64,000 bases of DNA, from NCBI RefSeq assembly GCF_009914755.1, contig NC_060946.1; one strand, given 5' to 3'. The notes under the pieces are model-generated. The model was not told where the DNA came from, did not search any database, and saw nothing but the letters and a program-made list of their open reading frames with translations. Made by a program: the position numbers and the translations under genes. Each line of letters begins with the position of its first letter. The first letter of the stretch is position 1. This DNA comes from the human T2T-CHM13v2.0 reference genome, Homo sapiens. Positions 25,689 through 39,230 of the stretch are shown here, piece after piece.

Positions 25689-28600
25689 GGAATGGAATTG
25701 TACGGAATGGAATGGAATGGAATGAAAAGGAAAGGAGTGTATTGGAATGGAATGAAATGGAATGGAATGGAACGGAGTGGAATGAAGTGGAGTGAAGTGG
25801 AATTGAATTGAATGGAGTGGAGTGGAATGGTATGGAATATAATGAAATGGAATGGAATGGAATGGATTGGAATGGAGTGGAATGGAACAGAGTAGAATGG
25901 AATGGAATGGAAATGGAATGGAATGGAATGGAATGGAGTGCATTGGAATGAATGGAATGGAGATGAATGGAACGGAATGAAATGTATAGGAGTCGACTGG
26001 AAAGGAATGGAATGGATGCGAGTTGAATGGAATGGAATTTAGAGTATGGGAGGAGAATGGAGACGAGTGGAGTGGAAAGGAATGGAATGGATTGAAATAG
26101 AATTTAATGGAATGAAATGGAGTAGAATCGAATGGAATGGAAGGGAATGGAAAAGGGTGGAATGGAATGAAATGGAATGCAGTCGAGTGCAAAGGAATGG
26201 AATGTATTGGAGTGGAATTGAATGGAATTGAGTGGAGTGGACGGGTGTGGAGTGGAGTGGATTGGAATGGAATGCAATGAAATTGAATGGAATGGAGAGG
26301 AGGGTTGTGGATTGTAATGGAATGGAATGGAATGGAATGTAACGGAATGGAATGGAATGGAACGGAATGGAGTAAAGTGGAGTGGAATGGAATGGAATGG
26401 AAAGGAATGGAGATGAATAGAATGGAATGAAATGGAATGGAGTCTACTGGAAAGGAATAGAATGGATACAAGTGGAATGGAATGTAGTGTAGTGGATTGG
26501 AATGGAATGGATTGTAGTGGAATGGTTTGGCATGGGGAGCAATGGAACGGAATGAAGTGCAGTGGAATGGAATGGAATGGAGTGGAGTGTAGCGGAGTCA
26601 AGTGGAATGTAATGGAATGGAGAAAAATGGATTGGAGTGGAATGAAGTGGAATGGATTGGAGGGGAATGGAATGCAATGGATTGGAGTGCAGTGGAATGG
26701 AGCGTAATGCAGTGAAGTGGAGTGGAATAGAATGGAGTGGAATGGAGAGGATTGGAGTGGAATGGAAGAGACTAGAATGTAGTGGAATGGAATGGAATTG
26801 CATGGAGTGAAATGGAATGGAGTGCCATGGAATGGGGTGGAATGGAAAGGAGTGGTGGTAATTGGAGAGGAGAGGAGAGGAGAGGACTGGAGTGGAATGG
26901 AGATGAACTGAGAGGAATGGAATGGAAGGATGTGGAACGGAATATTGTGGAGTGGAGAGAAATGGAATGAAATGAAGTGGAATGTAATGGAGAGTAGAGG
27001 AATGGAGAGAAGTGGAGTTGAGTGGAGTAGAGTGGAGTGGAGTGGAGTGGGGTAGAATAGAGTGTAATGGAGTTTAACGGAATGGAATGAAGTGGAGTGG
27101 ATAACATCGGGTTGAGTGGAAAGAAATGGACTGGAATGGAATGGACTGGAATGGAATCGAGTGGAGTTTAATGGAATGGAGTGGAACGGAGTGGAGTAGA
27201 ATGAAGGGAAATGGAGAAGATTGAAATGTAATGGAATGCAGTGGAGTGAAGTGGAGTGGACAGGAGTGGAATTGAATGAAATGTAATGGATTGGAATTGA
27301 GAGGAATGGAATGGAGCTTAATGGAAAGGAGTGGAATGGAGTTGAGTGGAATGCAATCGAATGGACTGGAATGGAATGGAGTGGAGTGGAATGGAGTGCA
27401 TTGGAGTGGAATGGAAAGGAGTGGAGTGGAATAGCATAGAATGGAATGTAATGGAATAGATTGGAGAGGAGAAGGGTGGAGTGGAATGGAATGCAATGGA
27501 ATGGTATAGAGTGGAATGGAATGGAGTGGCTTGGAATTGAGTCCAATGGAGAGAAGAGAATTGGAATGGAATGGAGTGGAATGGAATAGAATAGAATGGA
27601 ATGGAATGGAATGGAATGGAATGGAATGGAATGGAATGGAGTGGAGTGGAATGGAGTGGAATGGAATGGAATGGAATGGAATGGAATGGAATGGAATGGA
27701 GAGGACAGGAATGGATTTGAATAGAGTGGAGTGGAATTGATTGGAATGGAAGGGAATGGAATGGAATGGAACAGAATGGAGAGGAGGGAAGTGGAGTGGA
27801 GTGCAATGGTATGGAATTGAAAGGAGTGGAATGAAAAGAAACAGAAGGCAAAGGAATGGAACGGAATGGAATGGAATGGAAAGGAATGGAATGGAGTGGA
27901 GGGGAGTGCAGTGGAATGGAATGGAGAGGAATAGAATGGGATGGAATTGCCTGGATTGGAATGGAATAGATTGGAATGGAATAGAATGGCACGGAATGCA
28001 ATGGAATGTAATGGAATGTCGTGGAGTCGATTGGAGAGGAGTGGAGTAGAATGGAATGGAAAGGAATGGAATGGAATGGAATGGTATGCAGTAGAGTGGA
28101 TTGGGTCGAGTGAAAGGGAATCGAATGGAATGGAAAGGATTGGAATGGAATGGAGTGGAAGGGCGTGGAATGGATTGGAATGGAATGGAATGGAATGGAA
28201 TGGAATAGAATGGAATGGAATGGAATGGAATGGAATGGAACGGAATGGAATGGAATGGAATAGAAAGAAATGGAATGGAATGGAGTGGAGTGGAATGGAA
28301 TGGAATAGAGTGGAGTGGAATAGAAAGGAATTCAATGAAATGGAGAGGAATTGAATCGAACGGAACGGAAATGAAGGGATTGGAGTGAAATTGAATGGAG
28401 TGGAATGGAGTGGAGTGGAATAGAACGGAATGGAAAGGAGTGGAAAGAAATGGAATGGAGTGGAAAGGAATGGATTAGAATGCAACGGAGTGCAGTGGAT
28501 TGGAACACAAAGGAGTTGAATTTAATAGAGTGGAAAGGAATGGAACGGAGTGCAGTGGAATGGAATGGAATGGAATGGAATGGAATGGAATGGAATGGAA

Positions 28601-29199
28601 TGAAAAGGAATGGAATGGAGTGGAGTGGAGTAGATAGGAATGGAACTGAGTGGACTGGAATGGAACGGAGTGGATTGGAGTGGAGCGCAGTGGAGTGGAG
28701 TGTGGTCGAGAGGAATTGAATGGAAAGGAATGGAATGGAATGGAACAGAATTTAATGGAATGCAGTGAAGTAGAGTGGAGTGGAGAGGAATGAAAGGGAC
28801 CGGAAAAGAAAAGATTGGAATGCAGTGGAATTGATTGGAATGGAATTAATTGGAGTGGAATGGAATGGAATGGAGTGAAGTGAAGTGGAATGGAATGGAA
28901 TGGAATAGATTGGAATGCAGTGTAGTGGGGTGGAGTGGAATGCAACGGAGTGGAGGGATGTGGATTGGAATGGAATGGAATGGAAAGGAATAGAATTGAA
29001 TGAAATGGTTGGAGTGGAGTGGAGTGGAGTGGAATGGAATGAAATGGAATGGAGTGGAATTGAATGTAGTGGGGTGGAGTGTAATGGAATGGAGTAGAGT
29101 GAAGTGGAATGGAATGGAATGGAATGGAGTGGAATGTAATGGAATGGAGTTGGGTAGAGTTGAATGGAGTGGAGAGTAGAGAAATGGAATGGAATTGAA

Positions 29200-29290
29200 T
29201 GAAAGGGATTAGAATGGAATGGAGTGGAATGGAATGGAATGGACTGAAAGGGATTAGAATGGAATGGAGAGGAATGGAATGGAATGGAAT
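29200..29290 (+). repeat. 45-bp tandem duplication
   Basis: TGAAAGGGATTAGAATGGAATGGAG occurs at 29200 and 29245. Confidence 0.85.
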
Positions 29291-29700
29291 AGAGTGGAAT
29301 GGACGACAGTGGACTAGAGTGAAGTGGAGTGGAGTGGATTGGGGTAGAGTGGGGAGGAATGTAGTGGAAAAGAATGGAGTAGAGTTGAGTGGAATGGAAT
29401 GGATTGGAGTGGATATGAGTAGAATGGAATGGACTGGAATTGAATGGAATGAAACAGAATGATATAGAATGGAATGGGGTGGAGTGGAGTGCACTGGAAT
29501 GAAGAGGAGAGGACTGGAACGAAATGGAATGGCATGGAACGGAATGGAATGGAATGGAATGGAGAGCAGGGGATTGGAGTGAAATGGAATGGAGTGGAAT
29601 GTAGCAGAGTGCATTGGATTGGAATGGAATGTAGTGGAATGGAAAGGAAAGGAATGGAATGGAATGTAATGGAATGGAGTGGCGTTGAATGGAAGTGAGA

Positions 29701-29765
29701 GGAGTGGAAGGTCATGGAATGGAATGGAGTTGAGTGGAGTGGAAGATCATGGAATGGAATGGAGT
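29701..29765 (+). repeat. 35-bp tandem duplication
   Basis: GGAGTGGAAG(G/A)TCATGGAATGGAATGGAGT occurs at 29701 and 29736. Confidence 0.85.
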
Positions 29766-31229
29766 GGAATGTAGAGGGGTCGAGTGAAACGGAATGGAAT
29801 GGAGTGGAGTGCAATGGAATGGAATGGACTGGAATGGAATGGAAAGGATTGGAAAGGAATGGAATGGAATGGAGTGGAGTGGAATGAAAATCCACGGAAT
29901 AGAGTGGAATGGAATGGAGTGGAATGGAATAGAGTGTAATGGAATGGAATGGAATGGAGTGGAATGGAATGGAATTTAATTGAATGGAATGGAATGGAGT
30001 GGAATGGAAAGGAATTGAATTCCATGGAATGGAATGTAATCGACTGAAATGTAATGGAATGAAGTGGAATGGAGGGGAATGGAATGGCATGAATTGGAGT
30101 GGAATGGAATGGTATGGAATGGAATGGAATGGCATAGAGTGGAGAGGAATGGAGTGGAGTGGTGTGGAATGAAATGGAATGGAGTGGAATGGAGTGGAGT
30201 GGAATGGAATGGAATGGAATCGAATAGAATGAAATGGAATGGAATGGAAAGAAATGGAATGGAACGGAATCGAATGGAATGGAGTGGAAGGTAAAGGAGG
30301 GGAGTGGAGTGGAATGGAGTGGAGTGGAATGGACTGGAATCGAATGACATGGTATGAATTTGAGCGGAATGGAAAGGAGTGGAATGGAATGGATTTAAGT
30401 TGAGTGGAATGGAGTGGAGTGGAATGCAAGGGAATGGAGTGTGTTGGAAAGGAATGGAAAGAATTAGAGTGGAGTGGAATGAATTGGTATGGAATGGAAT
30501 GGAGAGCAGGGGAATTGAATTGCATGGATTGGAGTTGAATGGAATGGAGTGGAATGGAAATGAATGGTATGGAATGGATTGGGGAGGAGGGGAGTGGAGT
30601 GGAATGGAATGGAATCGAATGGAATGAAGTGAAGTGGAAAGGAAAGGAACTGAATGGAGAGGAGTGGAATGGAACGGAGTGGGATGGATTTGAGTGGAAT
30701 GGAATGTAGTGGATTGGATTGGAATGGAGTGGAATGGAGTGGAGTTGAATGGAACGGAACAGAGTGGAGTGGAAAGGAATAGAATGGAACGGAATGAAGC
30801 AGAATGGAATGGAGTGGAAAAGAATGGAACTGAATAATGTGGAAATGAAAGGAGTGGAGTGGAATGGAAAGGAATGGAGGGATGGGGAGTGGAGAGCAAA
30901 GGAATGGAGTGGAATGGAGTGGATTCTTATGGAATGGAACGGAATGGATTGGAATGGAATTGAATGGAATGGAAAAAATGTAATGGAAAAGAAAGCGAAG
31001 GAATGGAATGGAGAGGAGTGGATTGGAGAGGAATGTAATGGAGTGGAATGTAGTGGAGTGGAACGGATTGGAATGGAGTGTAGTGGAATGGAATGGAAAG
31101 GAGTGGAATGGAATGGAGAAGAGAGGAATCGAATGGAATGAAGCAGAATGGCATGGAATGGAACGGAATGAAATGGAGTGGAATGTAGTGGAGCGGAATG
31201 GAATCGGATGGAGTGGAGTGGAATGGAAT

Positions 31230-34000
31230 GGAATTCCATGGAATTGAATGGAATGGAATTCATTGGTGAAGAATGCAATGGAATGGAAACGAATGGAAGG
31301 CAATGGAACGGACAGGAGTAGAATGGAAAGGAGTGGAATTGAATGGAGTGGAATGGAATGGAGTGAAATGGAAGGAATGGAATGGAGTAGAATCTAGAGC
31401 AGTGGAATGGAATGGAACAGTGTAGAGTAGAAAGGAATGGAATTTTGTGGAATGGAATGGAGTGAAATGGAATGGAGTGGAGTGTATTGGAGTGGAGTGC
31501 AATGGAATGGAACGGAGTGGAATACAGTGGAATGGAGTGTAATGGAATTGAATGGAGTGTGATAGAATGGAGGAGAATGGAATGGAATTAAGTGTAGTTG
31601 AATGGAATGGAATGGAGTGTAATGAAATGGAGTGGAATGGAAAGGAAAGAAGGGTAGTGGAAAGGAATGGAGTGGAATGGTGTGGAGTGCAAAGGAATTG
31701 AACGGAGTGGAGTGGAATGGAAGGGAAAGGAATGGATTGGAATGAAATGGAATGGAGTGAAGTGGAATGGAATGGAATGGAATGGAGTGGAAAGGAATGG
31801 AATGGAATGGAGTGGAGTGGAGTCAAGTGGAATGTAATGAGGTGGAGTGAAGTAGAATGGAATGGAACGGAGTGGAATGGAATGGAATATAGTGGAGTGG
31901 AATGGAGTGGAGTGGAGTGAAATGGAATGGAATGGAATAGAATGGATTGGAGTGTAATAGAATGGAATGGAATGGATTGGGGTGGAGTGGAATGGAACTG
32001 AGTGGAGTGGAAGTGAATGGTATCCATTGGAATGCAGTGGAGTGGATTGGAATGGGGTCGAGTGGAATGGAATGGAGTGCAGTGGAATGGACGATAATAG
32101 AATGGAATATAGTGGAAAGGAAAGGATTGCAAAGATGTAGAATGGAATGGAATGGAGTGGAATGGAATAGAACGTAGCAGAATGGAATGGAATGGAGAGG
32201 CAGGATTTGCAGTGGAATGGAATGGAAACGAGTGGAGTGGAATGGGATGGAATGGAATGGAATGGAATGGGATGGAATGAAAAGGAGTGGAATGCACTGG
32301 AATGGAGTGGAATGGAGGGGATTGGCATGAAATGGAATGGAATGGAGTGGAGTGGAATGGTATGGTGTCAAATGGAGTGGAGGTGAATGGAATGGTGTAG
32401 AGTGGAGTGAAAGGGAATGGAGTGGAATGGAATGGAATGGCGTTGAGTGGAATGGAATGGAAGGCAATGGAATTGAATGGAATGGAGTGGAGGGGAATGG
32501 AATGAAATTGAATGCAATTGAATGGAGTGGAATGGAATGGAATGGAATGGAGTGGAATATTAAGAACTGGAATGTAATGCAATGGAATGGAGTGGAATGG
32601 AGTGGAGTGGAAGGGAATTGGATGGAGTGGAGTGGAATGGAATGGAATTCCATGGAATACAATGGAATTGAATGGAATTTAATGGAATGTAATAGAAAGG
32701 AGTGGTGTGGAGTGGAATGGAATTGAGTGTTGAAGAATGGAATGCAGTGGAAACGAATGGAATGCAATGGGATGGATTGGAGTGGAATGGAATGGACTGG
32801 AATGGAAAGGAATGGAGGGGAGTGGAATGGAATGGAGTGGAATTGAATCGAGGTGAGTGGAATGGAATGGAATGGAGTAGAATCGAGAGCAGTGGAATGT
32901 AATGGAATGGTGTAGAGTAAAATGGAATAGAAATTTGTGGAATAGAATGGAGTTGAGTGTATTGGAGTGGAGTGCAATGGAATGGAATGGAGTGGAATGG
33001 AATGGAGTGGAATACAATGGAATGTAGAGTAGTGGAATTGAATGGAGTGTAATGGAATGGAGTGTAATGGAATGGAATTAAGTGTAGTTGAATGGAATGG
33101 AATGGAGTGTAATGGAATGGAGTGGAATGGAAATGAAAGAAGGGTAGTGGAATGGAATGGAGTGGAATGGAGTGGATTGCAAAGAAATGCAACGGAGTGG
33201 AGTGGCATGGATTGGAAAGGAATGGATTGGAATGAAATGGAATGCAGTGAAGTGGAATGGAATGGAATGGAGTGAAATGGAATGGAATGGATTGGAGTGG
33301 AGTGAAGTGAAGTGGAATGGAATGGGAGGGAGTGAAGAGGAATGGAATAGAATGGGAAGTAGTGGAGTGGAATGGAGTGCAGTGGAGCGAAATGGAATGG
33401 AATGGAATGGAATAGAATGGATTGGAGTGGAAGAGAATAGAATGGAATGGATTGGGGTGAAGTGGAATGGAGTTGAGTGGAGTGGAAGTGAATGGTATGC
33501 CTTGGAATGGAGTAGAGTGGATTGGAATGGGGTCGAGTGGAATGGAATGGAATTGAGTGCAGTGGAATGGAATGTAATAGAATGGAATGGAGTGGAAAGG
33601 AAAGGATTGGAAAGAAGTGGAATGGAATGGAATGGAGTGGAGTGGAATGGAATGGAATGGAGTGGAATGGAGAATAATGGAATGGAATGGAGGGGCTTGG
33701 ATTGGAGTGGAATGGAATGCAAAGGAGTGGAGTGGAATGGGATGGAATGGAATGGAATGGAATGGGATGGAATGGAATGGAATGAAAAGGAGTGGAATGC
33801 ACTGGAAATGAATGCAGTGGAACTGAAGGGAATGGAGTTGTGTGGAATGTAATGGAAGGGAATGGAATTGAATGGAATTGAGTGGAGTGGAATGGAATGA
33901 AATTGAATGCATTTGAATGGAGTGGAATTGAATGAAATTGAATGCAATTCAATGGAGTGGAATGGAATAGAATAGAGTGGAATATTATGGAGTGGAATAT
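31230..34000 (+). repeat. Tandem duplication of a ~1.4-1.5 kb unit (~31230-32640 and ~32640-34000)
   Basis: Landmark pairs: GAATTCCATGGAAT 31231/32645; AATGGAGTAGAATC(T/G)AGAGCAGTGG 31381/32871; AATGGAATTAAGTGTAGTTGAATGG...GAAAGAAGGGTAGTGG 31581/33071; AAGTGAATGGTAT 32011/33486; AATGAAAAGGAGTGGAATGCACTGG 32276/33781. Confidence 0.9.
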
Positions 34001-37000
34001 AATGCAAAGGAATGGAGTGGAATGCAGTGAAATGGAGTGGAGTTGAATGGAGCGGACTGGAGTGAAGTGGAATGGAACGGAATGGAATGGACTGGTATAG
34101 AATGGAATGGAGTGGATTGGAGTGGAATGGAGCAGAGTGGAGTGAAATGGAATAGAATGGAATGGAATGGATTGCACTGGAATGGAATGGCATGGAATGG
34201 AATGGATTGTAATGGACTGGAGAGGAGAGGAAAGGAGTCGAATGGAATGGAAAGGAGTGGAGTGGAATGAAATGGAAGTTAATGGAACCGGATGGAATGG
34301 AGTGTAGTGGAATGGAGTGGAGTGTAGTGGAATGGAATAGTATTGAATTGAATGGAATCGAATGGAGAGGAGGCGAATCGAGTGGAATCGAATGGAATGG
34401 AATGTATTTCAGTGAAGTGGATTGGAATGGAATGCAGGGGAATGGAATGGAAAATAGTGGAATGGAATGGAGTGGAATGCAATGGAATAGAATGGAATAG
34501 AATGGAATAGAATGGAATAGAATGGAGTGGAATGGCATGCAATGGAATGGAATGGAGGGGAATGGAATGGAATGGAATGGAATGGAATGTAGTGGACTGG
34601 AATGGAATGCAATGAAACGGAATGGCATGGAATGGAGTGGGGAGTAGTGGAATGGAATATAAAGGAGTGCAATAGAATCGAATGAAATGGAAAGGAATCT
34701 AGTGGAGAAAAGTGGGGTCCAGTGGTATGGAATGGAACGGAGTGGAGTAGAATGGAATGGAATGGAATGGAATGCAATGGAATGGGAATGCAATGCAAAG
34801 GAATGGAATGGAATGGAATGCAATGGAATGGAATGGAATGGAATGGAATGCAATGCAATGAAAAGGAATGGAATGGAGGGTATTGGAACGGAATGAAGAG
34901 GAGTGGAAAGGAATGGAAGGAGTGGAATGCAATGGAATGGAATGGAATGGAGTGGAATGCAATGGAATCGAATGGAATGGAACGGAATGGAATGGAGTTG
35001 AATGGAGTGGAGTGCAATGGAATGGAATGGAGTGGAGTGGAATGGAATGAATTTCAATGTAAAGGAATGGAATGGAATGGAATGGAATAGAATGGAATGG
35101 AGTGGTGTGGATTAGAATGGAATTGAGTGGAGTGGAATACAAGGTAATGTAATGGAAAGAAATGGAATGGAATGGAGTGAAGTGGAATGGAATGGAGAGA
35201 ATTGAATATAGTGAAATGGAGTGGAATGGAATGGAGTGGAATGGAGTGGATAGGAATGGACAGGAGTGAAGTGGAAGGGAATGGAATGGATTGGGGTGGA
35301 ATTTAAAGGAGTGGAACGGAAAGGAGAGTAGTGGAGTGCAATAGAATGGAGTGTAATGCAGTGGATTGAAATGGAATGGAAGCAGATGGAATGGAATGGA
35401 GTGAAGTGGAATTGAATGGAACAGTGTCGACTGAAGTGGAATGGTATGGAATGGAATGCAATGGAGTGGAATGGAGTCGAGTGGAGTGGAGTGGAACGGA
35501 GTGGAGTGGAATGGAATGGAGTGGATGGTAATGGAATGGAATGGAGTGGAATGGAATGGAATGGAGTGGAATGGAGTGGAGTGTAGTAGAGTAGAGAGGA
35601 ATGGAAAGGAGAGGAGTGAAGTAGAATGGACTGGAATGGAATGGAGTGGAGTGGAGAGGAATGGAGTGGATAGGAGTGAAATGTAATGGAATGGAATGGA
35701 GTGGGAAGGAGTAAAATGGAGTGGAATGGAATAGAGACAAGGGGAGCAGAGTGGAAGAGAAACGAGCATAATGTACTGGAATGGAGTAGATTTGGGGGGA
35801 ATGCTGTGGAATGGAATGGAAATGAGTGAAATTGAATGGAATTGAATTGAAAGGAGTGCAGTAGAATGGAATGGAATGCACAATAATGGAATGGAATGGA
35901 GTGGAGTGGAGTGGAGTTGAGTCGAGAGGATAGCAATGGAATGGAATGGAGCGGAGTGCAGGGGAGTGGAGTGGAAAGGAGTGGAGTGGAATGAAGTTGA
36001 GCAGAGTGGACTGGAATGGAATGAAGTGAAATGGAATGGAAAGGAGTGGAATGGAATGGAATGGAATGGAATGAAATGGAATAGAATGGAATGGAAAGGA
36101 AGGGAATGGAATTAAATGGGGTGGAGTGGAATGGAATTGAATTGAGTGGAATAGAATGGAATGGAAAGGAATGGAATCGAGTGGAGTGGAGTGGGATCCA
36201 GTGGAATGTAATGGAATGGAGAGGAGTGGAATGAAATGGAATTCAATGGAAAGGAATGGAATAGAAAGGATTGGAATGGAATGAAATGGAATGGAGTGGA
36301 TTGGAAAGAAATGCATTGGAGGGGAATGTAATGGAATGGAGTGGAATGGAATGGAACAGAATGGAACGGAGTGGAATGGAGTATAGTGGAGTGGAATGGA
36401 ATGGAGTGGAGTGGAATGGACTGGAATTCAATTTATGAAGTCGAATGATATGGAACGGAATGAAATGGAATGGCGAGGTAAGGAGGGGAATGGAATTCAG
36501 TGGAGTGAAATCTAATGTAATGTAATGGAATGGAATGGAGTAGACTGAAGTGGAAAACAATGGAGTGGAATGGAAGGGAGTGGAATGGAATGGATTGGAA
36601 TGGAGTGGAATGGAATGGAGTGGAATGTAGTGGAGTGGAATGTAATGGAACGGAGTGGAGTGGAGTGGAATGGAATGGAGTGGAATGGAATGGAGTTGAA
36701 TTGAATGGAGTGGAGTAGAGTGGATTGCAGTGGAATGGAAGGAATTGGAGTGGAATCGAATATAATGGAATGGAGTGCAGTGGAATGGAATGGAGTGGAA
36801 CGGAAGGGAGTGAAATAGAATAGAATGGAGTGGAGAGGAGTGGAATAGAATGGAGTGGAATGGAGTGGAGTGGAATGGAATGGAAAGGACTCGAGTGGAA
36901 CGGAATGGAATGGGTTGGAATTGAATGGAATGGAATGGCGTGTAATGGAATGGAATGCAGTTGAGTGGAATGGAATGGCATGGAGTGGAGTGGATAGGAA

Positions 37001-37479
37001 TGGAAAGAATGAAATGGAGTGGAGTGGAGTGTATTGCAATGGAATGGAGTGAAGTGAAGTGGAATGGAATGGAATGCAATGGAAGGGAATGGAATGGAAT
37101 GGCGGGGAGTGGAACGGAGTGGAAAGGAGTGAAATGGAATGGAATGGAATGGAGAGCAGTGCAATGGAATGGAATAGAATGCAGTGGAATGGAGAAAAAT
37201 GGAGTGGAGTGGAATGGAAAGGAGTTGAGTGGAGTGGAATGGAATGGAGTGGAATGGAATGGAGTGAAGTGGAATGGAGTAGAGCGGAGTGGCGTGGAGT
37301 GAAATGGAATGGAAATCACTCGAATGGAATAGAATGCAGAGGAGAGGAGTGGAATTGAATGGATTGGAGTGGAACGTATTGGAGTGGAGTGGATTGGAAA
37401 GGAATGTAGTGGAATGGAAAGGAAAGAAGTGGAATGCAATGGAATGGAGGGGAATGGAATGAAAACGAATGGAATGGAA

Positions 37480-39100
37480 TGGAATGGAGTGGGGTGGAGT
37501 GGAATGGAATTGATTGGAGCGGAATAGAATGAAATGGAAAGGAGTGGAGTGGAATGGAATGGAATGCAATGGAGTGGAGTGGAGTGGAATGGAATGGAGT
37601 TGATAAAAATGGAATGGAATAGAGTGGAATGGAATGGAATGGAGTGGAATGGAAAGAAAAAGTGTGGAGTGGTGTGGAATGGAGTGGAGTGGAGTGGAAT
37701 GGAGTGGTATGAAATGGAGTGGAATGTAATGGAATAGAATGAACTGGAATGAAATAGAAGTGAATGGAATATTGAGGAAAAGAGTGGAATGGAAAATATC
37801 GGAATGGAATGGAATGGAATGCTGCGGAGTGGAGTGGAGTGGAATGGAAAGGAATGGAATAGAGGGGAATGGAATGGAATTGAGTGTACTGGAATGGAGT
37901 GGAGCAGAACGGAATGGAGTGGAGTGACATGCAGTGATTTGGAATGGAACAGAGTGTATTGGAATGGAATGGAATGGAATGGAGTGGAATGGAATGGAAT
38001 GGAGTGGAATGGAATGGAATGGATTCGAATGGAATGGAATGGAGTGGAGTGGAGTGCAGTGGAATGCAATAGAATGGAATGAAATGGAGTGGAGTAGAAT
38101 GGAGGGGAATGGATTGGAAAGGAATGGAATGGAATGGAATGGAACGAAACGCAGTGTAGTGGAATGGAATGGAATGGAGTGGAATGGAATGGAATGGAAT
38201 GGAGTTTTCTAGAGTGGAATGGAATTGAGTGGAGTGGAATGGGATGGAATGAATTGGAATGGAACGGACAGCAATGGAATGGAATAACGTGGATTGGAAT
38301 CGAATGGAGTGGAATGGAATGGAGTGGAAAGTAATGAAGTGGAGTGGAGTGGAATGGAAAGGAGTGGAGTGGAATGGAATGGACAGCAATGGAGTGGAGT
38401 GGAGTGGAATGGAATGGAATGGAGTTGAGAAAAGTGGAATGGAATATAGTGGAATGGAATGGATTGGAATGGTATGGAAAGAAAAGTTGTGGAGTGGTGT
38501 GGAATGGAATGCGGTGGAATGGAGTGAAGTGGAGTGGAATGGAGTGGTATGAAATGGAGTGGAATGTAATGGAATAGAATGGACTGGAATGTAATAGAAG
38601 TGAATGCAATAATGTGGAATTGAGTGAAATGGAAAGTAACAGAATGAAATGGAATGGAATGCTACAGAGTGGAGTGGAGTGGAAAGGAATGGAATGGAGT
38701 AGAGCAGAATGGAATGGAATTGACTGTATTGTAATGGAATGTACCTGAACGGAATGGAGTGGAGTGATATGCAGTGATATGAAATGGAATGGAATGGAAT
38801 GGAATGCAATGGAATGGAATGGAGTGTAGTGGAATGGAATGGTATTGAATGGAACACAGTGTAGAGGAATGGAAGGGAATGAAGTGGAATGGAATGGACT
38901 GGATTCGAATGGGATGTAATGGAGTGGAGTGGAGTGGAGTGGAATGGAATAGAATGGAATGGAGTGGAGTGGAATGGAGGGGAATGGATTGGAAAGGAAT
39001 GGAATGGAATGGAATGGAATGGAATGGAATGGAATGCAGTGTAGTGGAATGGAATGGAATGGAATGGAATGGAGTGGAATGGAATGGAATGGAGTGGAAT
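37480..39100 (+). repeat. Tandem duplication of a ~840-885 bp unit
   Basis: Landmark pairs: GGAGTGGTATGAAATGGAGTGGAATGTAATGGAATAGAAT 37701/38541; GGAGTGA(C/T)ATGCAGTGAT 37921/38761; GGATTCGAAT 38021/38901; GCAGTGTAGT 38151/39036. Confidence 0.85.
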
Positions 39101-39230
39101 AGAATGGAATGGAATGGAGTGGAATGGAATGGAATGGAATGGAGTGGAATGGAATGGAATGGAATGGAATGGAATGGAGTGGAATGGAATGGAATGGAAT
39201 GGAGTGGAATGGAATGGAATGGAATGGAAT
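39046..39230 (+). repeat. Near-homogeneous GGA(A/G)T tract (37 pentamers, one deviant)
   Basis: Only GGAAT and GGAGT occur, except one AGAAT at 39101. Confidence 0.85.

Noticed and set aside
27106-27115. CATCGGGTTG, resembling the classical SatIII decamer A(C/T)TCGGGTTG
   Set aside because: It is a single imperfect copy on the wrong strand; on the GGAAT strand the decamer should read CAACCCGART.
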